Of a DNA stretch of 64,000 nucleotides, positions 13,191-26,469 are shown piece after piece; the first letter of the stretch is position 1; every line of letters starts with the position of its first letter. The DNA is taken from assembly GCF_021869535.1 (NCBI RefSeq), contig NW_026262734.1, positions 25,730,001-25,794,000 on the forward strand, given 5' to 3'. This stretch comes from Mytilus californianus (lineage: Eukaryota). The position numbers and the translations under genes were made by a program. The notes below the pieces were generated by a model. The model saw only the letters and a program-made list of their open reading frames with translations, ran no database searches and was not told the DNA's origin.

Positions 13191-16100
13191 TATGTGATAG
13201 TATGTTTTGATTTCTTTATGAATGTTTATCCTGCAAAGCAATACCCATTCCAAGGGAATAGTTAAAACAATGTGTCGAGAGAACAAAATACAGTATTTGT
13301 AAGGAAAATAATACATCGCTGGAAAAAAATACACTTGTTTCTGGTGTTTTTTCATTTACCGTATCCTTACTCCTGAACCATCTATATGTGTACATTGAAA
13401 TTTTGGCATACAAGAAACTAATGGCCAAATGTCGGTTAGAAATTTATTCCACTGAAATCACTGGAAATATACACTTGCTAATTTGCATTCAACTAAAGGT
13501 AAACTACAGCAATAACTTAAAAAAAAACAATATCAGTACAGCACCTGATCCAATATGGAAAAATATATAAGAGCAAATAAGAAATGAGAACGGTCTTAGG
13601 CATGTATTTTTTATGAATTTTTTCTCATTACTATTTGTTTAACTTTGTTTTTAAGGCGAATGATAAAACAATTAGAAAATGCATCAATTTTTCAGAATAT
13701 ATGTAAATGTATATGCGAATTATTCATCAAAAGAGAAATATGGTATGGAAGCAACATTTAGTAAGGATTTGATAATTCATGTTTAACAACTACATTGTGA
13801 AAAACAGAAATTTTGTCCTTATAAACACAAGCGTATACTGGAAACGAAAGTTTATTTTTTGAAACAGATATTGAGAAACTTGATTAGAATTAGAATTATA
13901 GAAATAGTAAAAAGAACAACACAGGTACAAAGTACGGGGGTTGAAGCATACATTTTTATACCTAACAAGGAAATGTGAACCTGATAAAACTCATAGCAAC
14001 TAGAGTATGTTATATTGTATCTAAGAATGATTAGTTACTCACATAGAACTGCGTGTGGATAAACTTCGTTCCATATTTGTTAGGGAATAATCTTTATTTG
14101 TAGACCATAAATAAAGAACATGATGACCTGGCCATACAATGGCGGATTGGTGACACTGTTTTCAAGCTTGAAAATAAAGAATAACATTGCCAACACATTG
14201 ACAGAAAAATATCAAATCAAATATTATTTATGTTTAATAACTACTTCTTTTAGTTGGTTTTACTTTAATATGCATAACAAACGTCATGTATATTGGGGTA
14301 TTTTTTTATTTGCATATTTTTAGATTCTTCAAATTTTGAGGAAATCGTCAAAATGTTGAAAAAGCCTTCAAATAAGACGTCATATTTGTTGTAAAAAGTA
14401 GCTGCTGTTATTTTTATTGTCACTGTTGTTGTTAAAATTTCAAGGATTTCTTTTTTATTATTATTTAAGTCAACGACTGTTTTACTATTTAGGTCTACAC
14501 GGGTTTTAAACTTAATGAGGCTCATGTGTTGCTGGTTTTGATAGTGTAAGCAGTGACGCTGTGTATGAACTTCACAGATTTTGCCATACAAAACTGCTCC
14601 CGCATTTGTGGTTCAATAAAATATTTAATGCTAACTTTAAACTGCCATTCCTTTCTCGTTTGCAGAAGTTTAAAGTTGATCCACGATTGCGGAGAGCGTT
14701 AATTTAAAACTTGTTCACAGAATTTGAAACAAAAAATGTCATTTTAGGTACATACATGTAGTTATATGCTACGTACGTCATTGCATTGAATCGAAATCAA
14801 ACAAAATAAGAACATGAAGAATGTTTTATTGCAGAAAATATCCAAACCATTACAAGCAATCTGGCGTCTGTTGATATATACCTTGTTAATAAATTCATTA
14901 CTTGTAGGTAAAACAACCGTCCCATCACCCTTGTCTTTTGTTTACTGTAGATAAAAATAGAACGGGACTTTCCGCGATTGTTACCTATCCCAGCACCAAG
15001 AAAGAGTTTCATGAATGTGTATCAGAGCTTCAGGTGCTCATTGTAAAGAAGTTATATTTTGATAAACAAAAACAAAAAAGATTTACAACTGCAAGCTTTC
15101 ATCCTTCGTCTGTTAATTTGTAATATCATTTACAAACTACGAAATATCTGATCACGACGACCTTTATGGGACCTAGTAAAAATCACCTACTTGATATTTC
15201 TAACGATATAATGTGCTTTAGAGGTGTATTACATCATTATACCTGATTAGACATTTGTTAGAGGTTTTTATTTAAAGTCTCAAAATGTTGGATCTTTGTT
15301 TTCAACAGTATTGTAATCGAATACTTCTCAAGGAAGCTTTATAAAAGGCTTTATCGTGTGTACGGCAAGAACACGTTTTGTCTACCGTATAATTTATATC
15401 TTCTGCTAGCATGTGCAAAAATACATTTTGCTATTTCCTTTCTTTAGTGTTTATCTGTTTACAGATCAAAGGAATTTTTGGCACATGCCTGCGGAGGGTA
15501 TGAATGTTTATAAAATATCACGAAAAACTATTTTTTTTTTGCCATTTTGACAGATAATGGCGTTTTCGTGCTCCTATTATGACGTCATAGAATGTGCCTT
15601 TCGCAAAAACAACATTTATTCTATAATTATTCATAACAAGATATATTTTAGTGAGTAATATATAACTCCTTAATTCTGAATTTTTGGTATAAATGGGGCC
15701 GACTTTGGCCCTTATTGCCCCTACTCCATTGTTTGTTCTCCGTACGAAAAAGGATAACAACTACTGGTTATCTGGATGTCAGCAGTTAAACGAATTATTT
15801 TGGTACACTATGTTACTGTCCAATGCATAGAAAATATCGATTCCATCCATTCTTCGTAATACGTCTCGTCATATTTGTGTAGTGTAACGTCAGATGGAAC
15901 GAATAGATTATGAAATTGGCACCGATGATTAGTATTTTGTACAATGAGAGGACATTGGAGTTTTACGTAATTGTCAGAAAATTGACAAGTAAAGACAAAT
16001 ATGACACTCTATCATGGTGATGCATTCGACGAGGATTCACATCTCAGGAAAACCTTTTGGTTTACAACTGCTACATATAAGCCGGTGATTTAAACATCGA

Positions 16101-17759
16101 ACAAGACATGTTCTCTGAAGTTGATATTTCTGTTAGTAATTAAAACAATTAAATACTGTAGATATTTTGGTTCGTCTTAATATCAGTAATCATATTTATC
16201 CTTCAAAAAACCATATAGCAGGAAAAAAAATGATCATATTAAATTAGTGCCCATTGCTAGTCACTATGTCATATATCTGATATAAAACTGTATAAATTCA
16301 GGTTTTAACCATCAAAATCACATTGACTGGAAACGTCTGATATATATGTATTGGCATTTAGGATTTAACACGGAGTAAAACTGTAGTACACTGTTCATTA
16401 ATGTATTGTTAAAAAAAAGTAAAACAGGAAAATTTTAAAAGGGGAAAATCCTTGGAACTGACAAAATCAAACGTTAGACGTTATAAATCAAAGAAACGAA
16501 GAGAAAACAAATGCATATTCCTAATTTGGTACAGGCTTTTTTCCCTAACAAATGGTTGAGTACACCTGGTTTTATTACTAGCTAAACCTCCCTGTTGTAT
16601 GACAGTTGTTTGTTAAGTTGCTGTTATTCATATTATTGTTTAAGAGAAATGCTGATATAGCAAACTTTGATTATTGTAATAGCTTAAACATTGTGGTTTT
16701 GATGATTGAAAGCGTACTCGGGCATCTGTTTCATAAAGTCGGATTTACAATATTCAATAAAGTTTTTAAATACGTTTGCAAGAAAAGCTTATTTACTATA
16801 CGCCTATTTCTTACGTCATTATGTTTGATGAGTAAACTGGATCCCAGCATCCTTGAACTGACAATGACATTGTGTCCTCTTGATATATTCCAGGCACCTG
16901 TCTGTATTCCTATAGGTACACATGCATACAGACATATATATTAATTCTATTAATAATACAAGCCGCGATAAGATAATAATCCTAATTAAAATTTTCATCC
17001 CCTTGCCCAAATGCAGAAACATGTCGTCTAAAACGAAATGACAGAGAGATACAGATGTGTTTCAAGTGTATTAAAAAACCGGCGTTGCGAAGTTAAGAAA
17101 TAGGGAACGTTAACTAATTCACTACCGTATTGATTATACAGTTCTCCGCTCATACGATATTCAAGAACTTGCAGTTATACTCAGACTGTGTAAACGTCAC
17201 CGAAAGACGAGCAAAAAATTAAAGAGCCAGGGTTTTGTAAAAAAATGATTCTCCATAAAAAAAGCATCAAAAGGTACCAGGACCTATTAGAAACATATCT
17301 AGTGTCAACATCACAAATAATGCATGATGGTTTGACGTTATATATTCTAGGTATTGACGTTGTGTATCATTTTTTTACTTTTGCAGTTTTACCTTGATTT
17401 GTCTGTATTATTATATAAATAATGGTCGTAGTAATCTTGACATGACTCGGTACGTTTTGTTTGATTCCAGGGTCCATATGCATAAAATATCTTTAGTGAT
17501 ACTGTGAACTCTCGTATGAACTTTATCTGGAATATGTGTATAGGTCATTATGATCTACTATACTGTACTTCATTAAATTTGCTATAAACTACAAAAATGT
17601 TTTTTGTTGACGTCTTTGTTAGATTTAATTGTATATTTGTTTGGAATATCTAATTTTGTTATGTTGCATATCTATGCTCTTTGATTACACAATTGTGGCT
17701 GCTGGATCCGATTTATATCACGTTAACCAATAATGGCTGTCTAGGTTGGTAACACAAAT

Positions 17760-19260
17760 TTGTCAATATAACTGAAATATATACTACTGGCATACAACAT
17801 TGTGTTTTAAACAATCCATACTGAGTTAACAAAACTACTGATTTACCATAGCGCTAAATAATTTTAATAATTAAGTGCAATAATTGTCAGTTTTGTTTGA
17901 TGCTTGCAACTATTCTTGTTATACAAACCATCCTAAGATATAAAAAGTAGTGAAATTTAGTGACGGTTTAGTATTCTGAAAAAAAAAGAAGAATATTGGC
18001 ACTCTAATTTAATGCGCAAATGATTTATAGTGATTATATGTCAATAATGCTGTCATTTAAATCAAAAAGTCCGTCTTGAGTTATCAAATTGAATGATTTA
18101 TGACATTTTTATAATGTAAAACAAATATGGTAAATTTTGGTTGATATGCACAAATTGTTTGCCATAGAAACCATCCTGAGATATGAAAACTACTGATTTT
18201 TTTTATTATGCTTCAGTATTTTATTTTGAATAAAAAAAGAAAAAGCTGGCACTCTAAATTGATTACAAAAAAATGTGTAGTAATTGTGTACCAATATTGA
18301 TGTCATTTGTAATATACATCTATTCTGAGTTAAACTATTTACTGATTTATGATACTGCTATATCAATCGAACAATAAAGTACAATTATGGTCAGTTTTGA
18401 TTGATGAGGGCAAATAATTTCGTTATACAAACCATCTTAGTGACGGTTTAGTATGTCGAATAAAAAGAGGAAATGTTGGCACTCTAAATTGCTGCGTAAA
18501 AAATATGTGTACTCATTGTGTTCCAATATTGCTGTCATAAGTATTATAAAAACCATTCTGTGTTCATTAATTCATTAATTTATCATACCAGCATATCATT
18601 TAAATAATAAAGTGCAATGATGGTAATTTTTAGTTGATGCAGGCAAAAATTTCTGTTATTCAAACCATCCTGAGATGTAAAAACATTAAACAAAATATTT
18701 TAGTGACGGTTCAGTATTTTGAATAAAGAAGAAATGCTGGCATTCTAAGCTGATTTGAAAAAAAAATGAATTCATTGTGTACCGATATTGCTGCCATTTG
18801 ATTACTACAATTCATCATGAGTTAATAAATGTACTGATTTATGATACGTCTATTCAACTTTTATCATAAATAACAAATTTGTGGTAGATGCAGACAAAAT
18901 ATGTTGTTATACTAACACCCCAGTAATATGAAACTTCTGATTTGTAATGACGGTTCAGTATTTTGACTAAAAAGATAAAAGGCTTGCACTCAACATTGAT
19001 GTGGGCAACATTTTGTTTACTATAAAGTACAAACATGGTATGTTTTGATTGATGCGAAACCATTGTTCATACAAACCAACTTTGCATGTATCAAGACTAC
19101 TGATTTTTGGTGGAGGTTCAGTTTTTTAGATAAAAAGGAGAAATGTAGGAACTTTGAATTAAAGGCGACCATTGATTTTCTAAGCTGTACACCAATATTT
19201 AGATTTTTCATTATTACTATTATTTTTAAAAATCTACGTTTCCTGGTATGTTGCCATTGT
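17760..19260. repeat. degenerate tandem array, about 245-bp unit, about 6 copies
   Basis: AAACCATCC anchor at 17924, 18167, 18428, 18661, ~18912, 19072; recurring TGACGGTTYAGTATT and TTGGCACTCTAAATT. Confidence 0.75.
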
Positions 19261-19562
19261 TAATTAAAGCAAAGCCTATCTGATAACAAAGTGTTTAAGC
19301 TTACAACTGTACGTGGACTGCTACATTTTAAAACTTAAACATTTTGTATAAAATATAAATGACTAGAAGAATTTGATATTTATTGAACTATACAATTTAC
19401 GCAAGCTGTTTTTTTAACTGGGGTTCGATATTTCTATCTAATTAAAGTTTTATGCGTACTATATTTATTAAAACTTTATCGGGTATATCAAGAAACAAAG
19501 ACATTTTAGAATTATCAATCGATGTAAAATGTCAAACTCACAAGTTGAAAAAGTGTTGAGCA

Positions 19563-19803
19563 GACCTGCACAAAGGTAACTTTAGAACAGGTTTGGTTCA
19601 ATCGGAGTTGTCAAAGTCGAAGTTAGCTTATTGAAGGACTGGTTTCTAAGTTAACTTCAGTAGTGAACCTGCCTAAAATTAACTTTTTCGGCAGTCATAA
19701 AAACAGTCCTAGGACCAAGTTTGCTTTTTAAATCAACTTGATGTTGGTCCTAGGACCGGACGCAGCAGTCCTAAAACCAGTCCCAGGTTATCTTTGAACA
19801 GTC
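19563..19803. mobile_element. MITE-like element with imperfect TIRs
   Basis: GACCTGCACAAAGGTAAC..GGTTT vs reverse complement of AAACCAGTCCCAGGTTATCTTTGAACAGTC; internal GGTCCTAGGACC palindrome. Confidence 0.5.
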
Positions 19804-20076
19804 AAAATGACTAGTTATCAAGTTAATGTTCTGTACAGGTTAGAACTGCACCAATCTGTACAATAATGCATCTATTCTCGTTTCTTTGGTTAATTATTTA
19901 AAGTAATCTGTCAGTCCTACTTTTATAACCCTACTGCCTTTTCTTCATTTGGAATGACTCATCGACAGTTTAAAAAAATCTAAAGGAGTTTTCTTACCGA
20001 GAATCCAATCATTAGTTATATTAATCCCGAAATACTCCAGTTATTGAACGACACGTGAACATAGCTTTAAACATAT

Positions 20077-20210
20077 CGCGTAAAATCTTATAACTTTTGC
20101 ATGGCAAATCGTAAAATTGCATAACTCTTGCATGGCAAATCGTAAAATTTCATAACTCTTGCATGACAAATCGTAAAATCTTATAACTCTTGCATGGCAA
20201 ATCGGAAAAT
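20077..20210. repeat. 31-bp minisatellite, about 4.3 copies
   Basis: ATCGTAAAATCTTATAACTCTTGCATGGCAA at 20108, 20139, 20170, 20201. Confidence 0.9.
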
Positions 20211-20682
20211 GTCAGAATCCAAAGAACGTTCACTTTAGGATTATCTTAGTGGTATTTGGCAAAACCTTTATGAATTTTGGACCTCAATGATCTTCAACTT
20301 CGTACTTTATTTGAACTTTTAATTCTTTTGATTCGAGCGTCACTGATGTATCTTTTGTAGACGAAACGCCCAACTGCATACAAAATTTTGATCGCGATAT
20401 CTATGAGTTTATTATACAATCGAAAACAGCTTAAACATTCCAGAAAATTGATCTTAGCATACTCGAGCTGACGTGCGATATGAAAAAACGATTGATCAAA
20501 ATATGTCGATCACAGTCTCGTTACTTTGGAATTATAAAAGGAACAAAGTTTAAAATCGAAAGAAACTTTCATCCATTGACTTAATTACTTCTTTCAAATT
20601 ACATAATAATTTATAAATGCATTTTCTAACTTACGTGAATTACGTAATTACTTGAAAATTATGTACAAATACTGCTAGTAAA

Positions 20683-20887
20683 TACTGTAAACCAACTTAT
20701 TTTCGCGGATACTTTATTTCGCGTTGTACCCTTTCTTGACCTCTTCGCGGCTATTTAATTTCGCTATTTTCTGATTTACTTGATGAAGTTTATGAAGGAA
20801 AGATCCAAGTTTTACATATTCGCGACGATTTATATTCGCGTTATTTTGCTACTCGCGAAAGTCGCGAAAATAAGTTGGTTTACAATA
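20683..20887. mobile_element. MITE with about 25-bp TIRs
   Basis: TACTGTAAACCAACTTATTTTCGCG ... CGCGAAAATAAGTTGGTTTACAATA; TA at both ends; TTCGCG-rich interior. Confidence 0.8.
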
Positions 20888-21015
20888 ATCATTCAGGCAT
20901 ATTATACGATAAAATGGTGCAGAGTGTGCCTTAAACCTATTTTATTTGTAGAATTCGACCAAACAATAATCATAAACAATAATTATGTAGCAGTGTTTAA
21001 TGTTTTTAATTTTAA

Positions 21016-22192
21016 TTAGGTCTTTCCACTTTTCTGTGGAAAGACCTATTGTATTTGTTCTGATTATAATTTTTTTCTTCCGCCAAATTTTGTTATCGCG
21101 TAAAATTTTTGTTTCGCAATATGTCGCTAAGATATTTCTTATACAGTATCATACAGTTTATGCGCTTTTTATTTTCACCCATTCTAAGCCGAACAATTTT
21201 TTTGTAAGAGTTATCTCCCTATTCACTGTTTATCAAGTGTGTGCATCTCCTTCGTAACAAAAAAAGATATCGACCAAATTTTTTTTCTAAATTGTTCGTT
21301 ACATCCTCAGGAATTTTTGGCTAATTTGGATCGAAGCGATTCGATGAAATATTAAAGTAGTTATCTACCTTTACCAAATAAATTTGTCGGTATGTTTTTT
21401 AACTCATAAACCGTTAACCGTATAACCCTGGAATCATTTTATTTGAGGTCCCTAGGTCCTAACTTAGAAAATGATGTCAAGGTCAAAGGTCAAGGTCAAG
21501 TTCTCAATTTTGACTTTTCCTTGTTTTTGCATTTTCTCAAACAATTTTAAAGATATATATGAAACAACAAGTGCAAAATGTTTGCTTTACTGTAATAAAG
21601 ATATGTTACATTTGGTCTGAAACAATCTAATGGTATCTTATAGGAGTAAGTGTCCCTGAAATGTCCAATTATAAGGATAATTGATTATTAATTCAACTTG
21701 GTTCATTATAAAGCCATATGATCTTTTACAAAAGGTTGGATGACATATGACCTTGAAAAATGACAACCGGAAGTGACCTTGGGAAAACCGGAAGTAGCCA
21801 TTTTTGCACTTTATTCATGGAAAAGTACTCGGAATCCATATATTTTGTAATTTTAATACATTAACTTATCACTGAAGACTAGAAATGACTTTCAATAACC
21901 CGGAAGTGGCCAATTATCTCCTGGTTTACAAGCAAAAGTATATAGAAACTATATATTTTTGGAATCAGTGTGAAAGAAACCGGAATTGACATTTATTTCA
22001 CCGGAAGTAGCTAATTATCTCCCTTATTTCACTCAGAAGTATATAGAAACCACTTATTTATCGCATCAGTATGAAGAACCTGATGATAAGATGCCAATTT
22101 TAACTTTGAGTAAACACGAACTAGCTTCTTTTCAATAAATTTAAAAGTTGCTGTGGAAAGACCTTCAATTGTTCTCTGAACAATTGGTTTTT
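21016..22192 (+). mobile_element. non-autonomous Helentron/HINE (DINE-1-like) element
   Basis: 5' TT + AGGTCTTTCCAC with inverted copy GTGGAAAGACCT (21036-21047); 3' GTGGAAAGACCT (22153-22164), hairpin CAATTGTTC-tct-GAACAATTG, T-run. Empty site in the paralogous region near 47790. Confidence 0.8.
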
Positions 22193-22440
22193 AATTGTAT
22201 TTGTTTTACTTCTTCAATTCCTTACAAATGCAATACATCATAATTCCTGTTAACATGTGTTTGCGTATGAGAATATCCTTGAAGGACAGTATAACAAGGA
22301 TATATCAGATAAATTACTTGACAATTGTTTGAAACTTTTCAACCAGGAAACTGTCTACCACATGTAACCGGACTTCTTAACATATTTAGTAACAAATGCA
22401 TATGGCCAATGGTGGTGTATTGTTTACCAGAATTGGTGCA

Positions 22441-22575
22441 CAACAACACAACTCCGTGATATAAAGGTCGGGTTTTAAATTACACGTAGAGACTATGGTT
22501 ACAAAATCCGGTTCATAAGTATATTAATAAACGATTTCATATTAAGATCGTGATAATATTTCCATCTTGAACCAG
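22441..22575 (+). promoter_or_regulatory. predicted promoter and non-coding first exon of TIMP-C
   Basis: CAACAACACAACTCCGTGATATAAAGG (22441-22467), AAATCCGGTTCA (22504-22515), donor CCAG|gtaaaa at 22576. Confidence 0.6.
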
Positions 22576-25500
22576 GTAAAATATTTGTTATGTTCACTGT
22601 TGATTTAGAATTTTGTTCTATTTTTAAAAGATGTTAAGACCTCAAATTTTTAACTTTTCCTTAATATGTTGTAACCCTATAAGCTTTAAACATTTCCGTG
22701 AATTAAAATCTGTTGGTCACTACTCCTTAATTTCTCAATATATTTTGAACAAAATGGCACATCTCGATTACTTTTCTTTCTATATAACTTTAAATTCACG
22801 TTTTTTGTCTTTTATATGTTTCATAAAGTTTACTCGACTTCTATTTGTCTGCATACAAATCTTCGCAATAACTTGGGGACATCAATGTTACCGCCAAGTG
22901 TTTTTTTTTTATCTAAAAAAAAAGGACCGTACAAACCAATTCCTTATAAACAAAAGCACTTCTATTATAAAATATAAAAATGATGTAATTTTGAACATTA
23001 TCAGCGATTATATCTAAATATGTTGTTATGCTTCTAAAGGTTTATAACTTGATGTTTCATACTGTTTGAGACATTTTTGACTAACTAATTTATAATTTTT
23101 GATATTCAACTTATGTGTAAGTTTCATTTATCATTTGGGTTTACTGAAATGACTTCAAAGCACATTCACACATGAAATTATTAATCCTTGTTTCTTTTCT
23201 AACCATTATTATAATTAGTATACCCGAGATACCCGATATTTCATTTATTTGGCATTCTGTTCAAAAACGAAAGAGATATAATCATCCAAAATGTAAAACT
23301 ATTTTCTTATTAAATACTTACTAGCAACACATCAATACTTTATATGTCAGAACCAATATCAATTAGATTTAGGTCCAATTTTTTTTCGATTTATACTTAA
23401 GAGATGATTGATAATATAATTTACAATTATGACCAAATGTTCATATTATTTATTTTCATAATGAATATGTAAAACAGTGATTATCGATTGTTATGTATTT
23501 CAGAATATTCGGATTATGTTGATTATTTTTAAGATTTCATACGTTTTATTGTACGCACTTAGTAATTAACTATGTGAGAAAATTTCCATACTGCGTGCAT
23601 TTTTGTTACTGTGGGATCAGAAATCGTAAAAGTGTCATATAGTAAAGGAAACATTATGAACGTCGTAAAGATTCATTTCTCTCATGTAGGTTAATTTTTT
23701 TATAGTTAGGTCCGTTTTATCTATACAAAAACTCATCAAAGATACCAGGCTTATTTTTTATCACACCAGACGCGCGTTTTGTCTACAAACGATTTATCAG
23801 TTACGCCCGAATGAAAACAGTTGGAAGGCCAAATCAAATATGAGGTTGCAGAGCAAATTCTAAAAAGTTGTGAAAAATACAGCTCAGTCATTCTATGCGT
23901 CGGGATAAAAAAAAAATTATCGTTTCTAAAACATTTGTTTGCAATTCAACGTTTTATGAGCAGTAAATTCAAAGACAATGAACATGTCAGTGATATTTCA
24001 TGTCAACACAAAAGTGCTGACTACTGGGAAGGTGATATATTATCGTAAAATAAAACACAAAAAGCAGTTATTTTACATCTTAAGTTGGGTACAAAGGGGG
24101 ACCGTATGAAAACAATGCAGTACAAATAAATTCGTTAAAACTATAAGTTTAAAGAGTGCAAGATATAAGAATAAAGTATGTATTGTTCATGCATCAACCA
24201 GGAATATAGCTATATCGTACTGAAAATATTAGCTCTTTTATGCGTACTACTTGCTTCAATAAAGTAGCAAGAAATACAAAGCTTTGACTTACAATTTACG
24301 ATGTCTACAAGATAGAAAATTCATTATCAGATGAGCATTATGGCGAGGTCATAAAATAATGCTTAGCTCATGTTAGGAGTTGAAAAAGTTATTAAGTTTT
24401 ATCAATTATTTAACTACTCGAATCTGTCTTCCGATAAAATGTCCCTAATGTTTTCGAATTGCCTAAATGTTATAATTTTGTAAATATGAATTACAGGAGA
24501 TATGGGGTACATGTCATATATGTGTCACAAATGAGCATTTAAAGATAAAGAGGTTGCATTTGATATAACTGTTATAAGAAACCTTAATGTTTGTCTATAT
24601 TACAAAATACTCGTACTGCAGTATCGCGGTCTCGTCTGGAGCAAGTTTTATAAGTCCTCGACATCGTTTTGAAACATGACCATGATGCTGGCTTGAAGAC
24701 ACTTTTCTGCCTCCCAGAATTTATAGTTTATTCATATTTGGTATAATTTCTGTTGAATCTTTGTTTTTAAAGCTCTTCCCTTCGTGAATTTTTAGCCATC
24801 TGTTTTGAATCGAACGTAACTAATGCGTCTTTTATAGATACAGCTCACGTCTGGCGTGCTTACTCGTTAAACTGGTTTCTTCAATGAGTTTTTCTTATTA
24901 CATAAGGATGAAGGAAAAGAGATATATTGTATATGTCAATGCGAAAGTAACACAAAACATAGTTGACAAAATGACATGCAGATTTCATCATTAAAACAGA
25001 AAAACAAGTGTCTCTACATTATTCCATTACCTAAACCGAAATAGTAAATGTATATGTCTACAAGACACGCTCAAAGCCAAAGATATATAATACCGTTTGG
25101 AGCTTTATGATAATAGCCAAATATATTTTAAGTCAAATTTCGATTAAGGAGTTGGAACCTTAGTCTCGTAATAATTATGAAAGTTATGACATATACGTTA
25201 TGCATAATGTACTGACTTTTAATGCATGCTATGACTGAAACTTATACACATGGAAAATATTGGGAAGTGCAAGACGCCATTTAATGTTGGGGTCAAAGGT
25301 TAGAGATCAAATTCAATGTTACCGCAAATAGAATTAGTCAAATGATGGAAGATGTTATTAAAAATAGATAATTTTGTAAAACAAGTTTCGGGATGGTACC
25401 TTTAGTTTCCTTGATAAGTTTATAATGAAATATCCTGACACGAAATGTTCGTATCTACAAATATACTGTTGACTTTAAGCCTCCAGACCTAGAATATTAG

Positions 25501-25855
25501 CAATGGTCAAGAGAACTCGTGCCACATTTGTGTTTATTGTATGCATAAAAGGGTTTTTATATATATTGGGACTGTGAAGAAAGTATTGTTTAATTTTTTT
25601 GTTTTTAGACAAATACATGTAACTTTGTATAGTTCCTTGAAAATGATCAAGTATCTTATTGTGAATTGTTACCCTTTTTTACAGGTTGAAAGTTAGCAAT
25701 AATGGTTTCTGTTTCTTTTTGCGTCCAAGCGTACTAGTATTTTGAACTATTGAAGTAAAATGGTAAATTTTCAATAAAGATGCAGTTTGAGGAGCCACAC
25801 AGGATTTTGTTTTGAACACTATATAGTTTCATAGACTATGCTTTTCATTTTAAAG

Positions 25856-25938
25856 TATCACGAGGAATTGTCAAAAACAAGAGAATCTTTGCAAGCCGTA
25901 AAGTTGAATATAACGTGGAAGTGAAAGATAATTTTAAG
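25856..25938 (+). pseudogene. TIMP: TIMP-C exon 2 remnant
   Basis: 83 nt, aag| acceptor, AAG|gtagt donor, open frame. Confidence 0.8.
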
Positions 25939-26469
25939 GTAGTATATACAATGTAATATATAGTATTACTATATACAGTATAAGTTTTGCTCATCGTTTA
26001 ATTACGTACGGTGAAATATTTATTTACACCCTCGTCATTTTGTCTCTCATAGATGTTTTCGTTAGCAATCATGCCACATTTCCTTCTTTTTTTTTATAAA
26101 TATAAGATCACTTTTTGGTCCCATGAATTCAGAAGTCCAAAAGTATTATGAAACTACCAAATATCATTCTTGACATTTTCACAAATCTTCAGTTTGCCAA
26201 TATCAATATTTATTATTTGAATTGATGTGTAAATTTTGACGTCAAAGTAAGTATCTGTACTTAATTGACAAGATGTAATTATAGTCTTCATTTGTCGATC
26301 AAATTAACATTATATATTGTATGCAGAGACTCGGGAAGAGTTTACTTTTTGTATGGTGTCAGTGCTACAAATTTGCTCTAACTGTACTCTCCCCTTCTTT
26401 AGAAAAAAGAGTTATGAAATGTCATTATTTTACAAACAGTATCCAATTATATATACATACATGTATGTT

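Noticed and set aside
14575-14605. Minus-strand EQFCMAK resembling TIMP exon 1 (ELFCSAK)
   Set aside because: No signal peptide, C-X-C or donor site; chance match
14666-15033. Three exon-like AG..GT blocks
   Set aside because: One implied intron is only 42 nt, the first block has stops in the frames tried, and no protein family is recognisable
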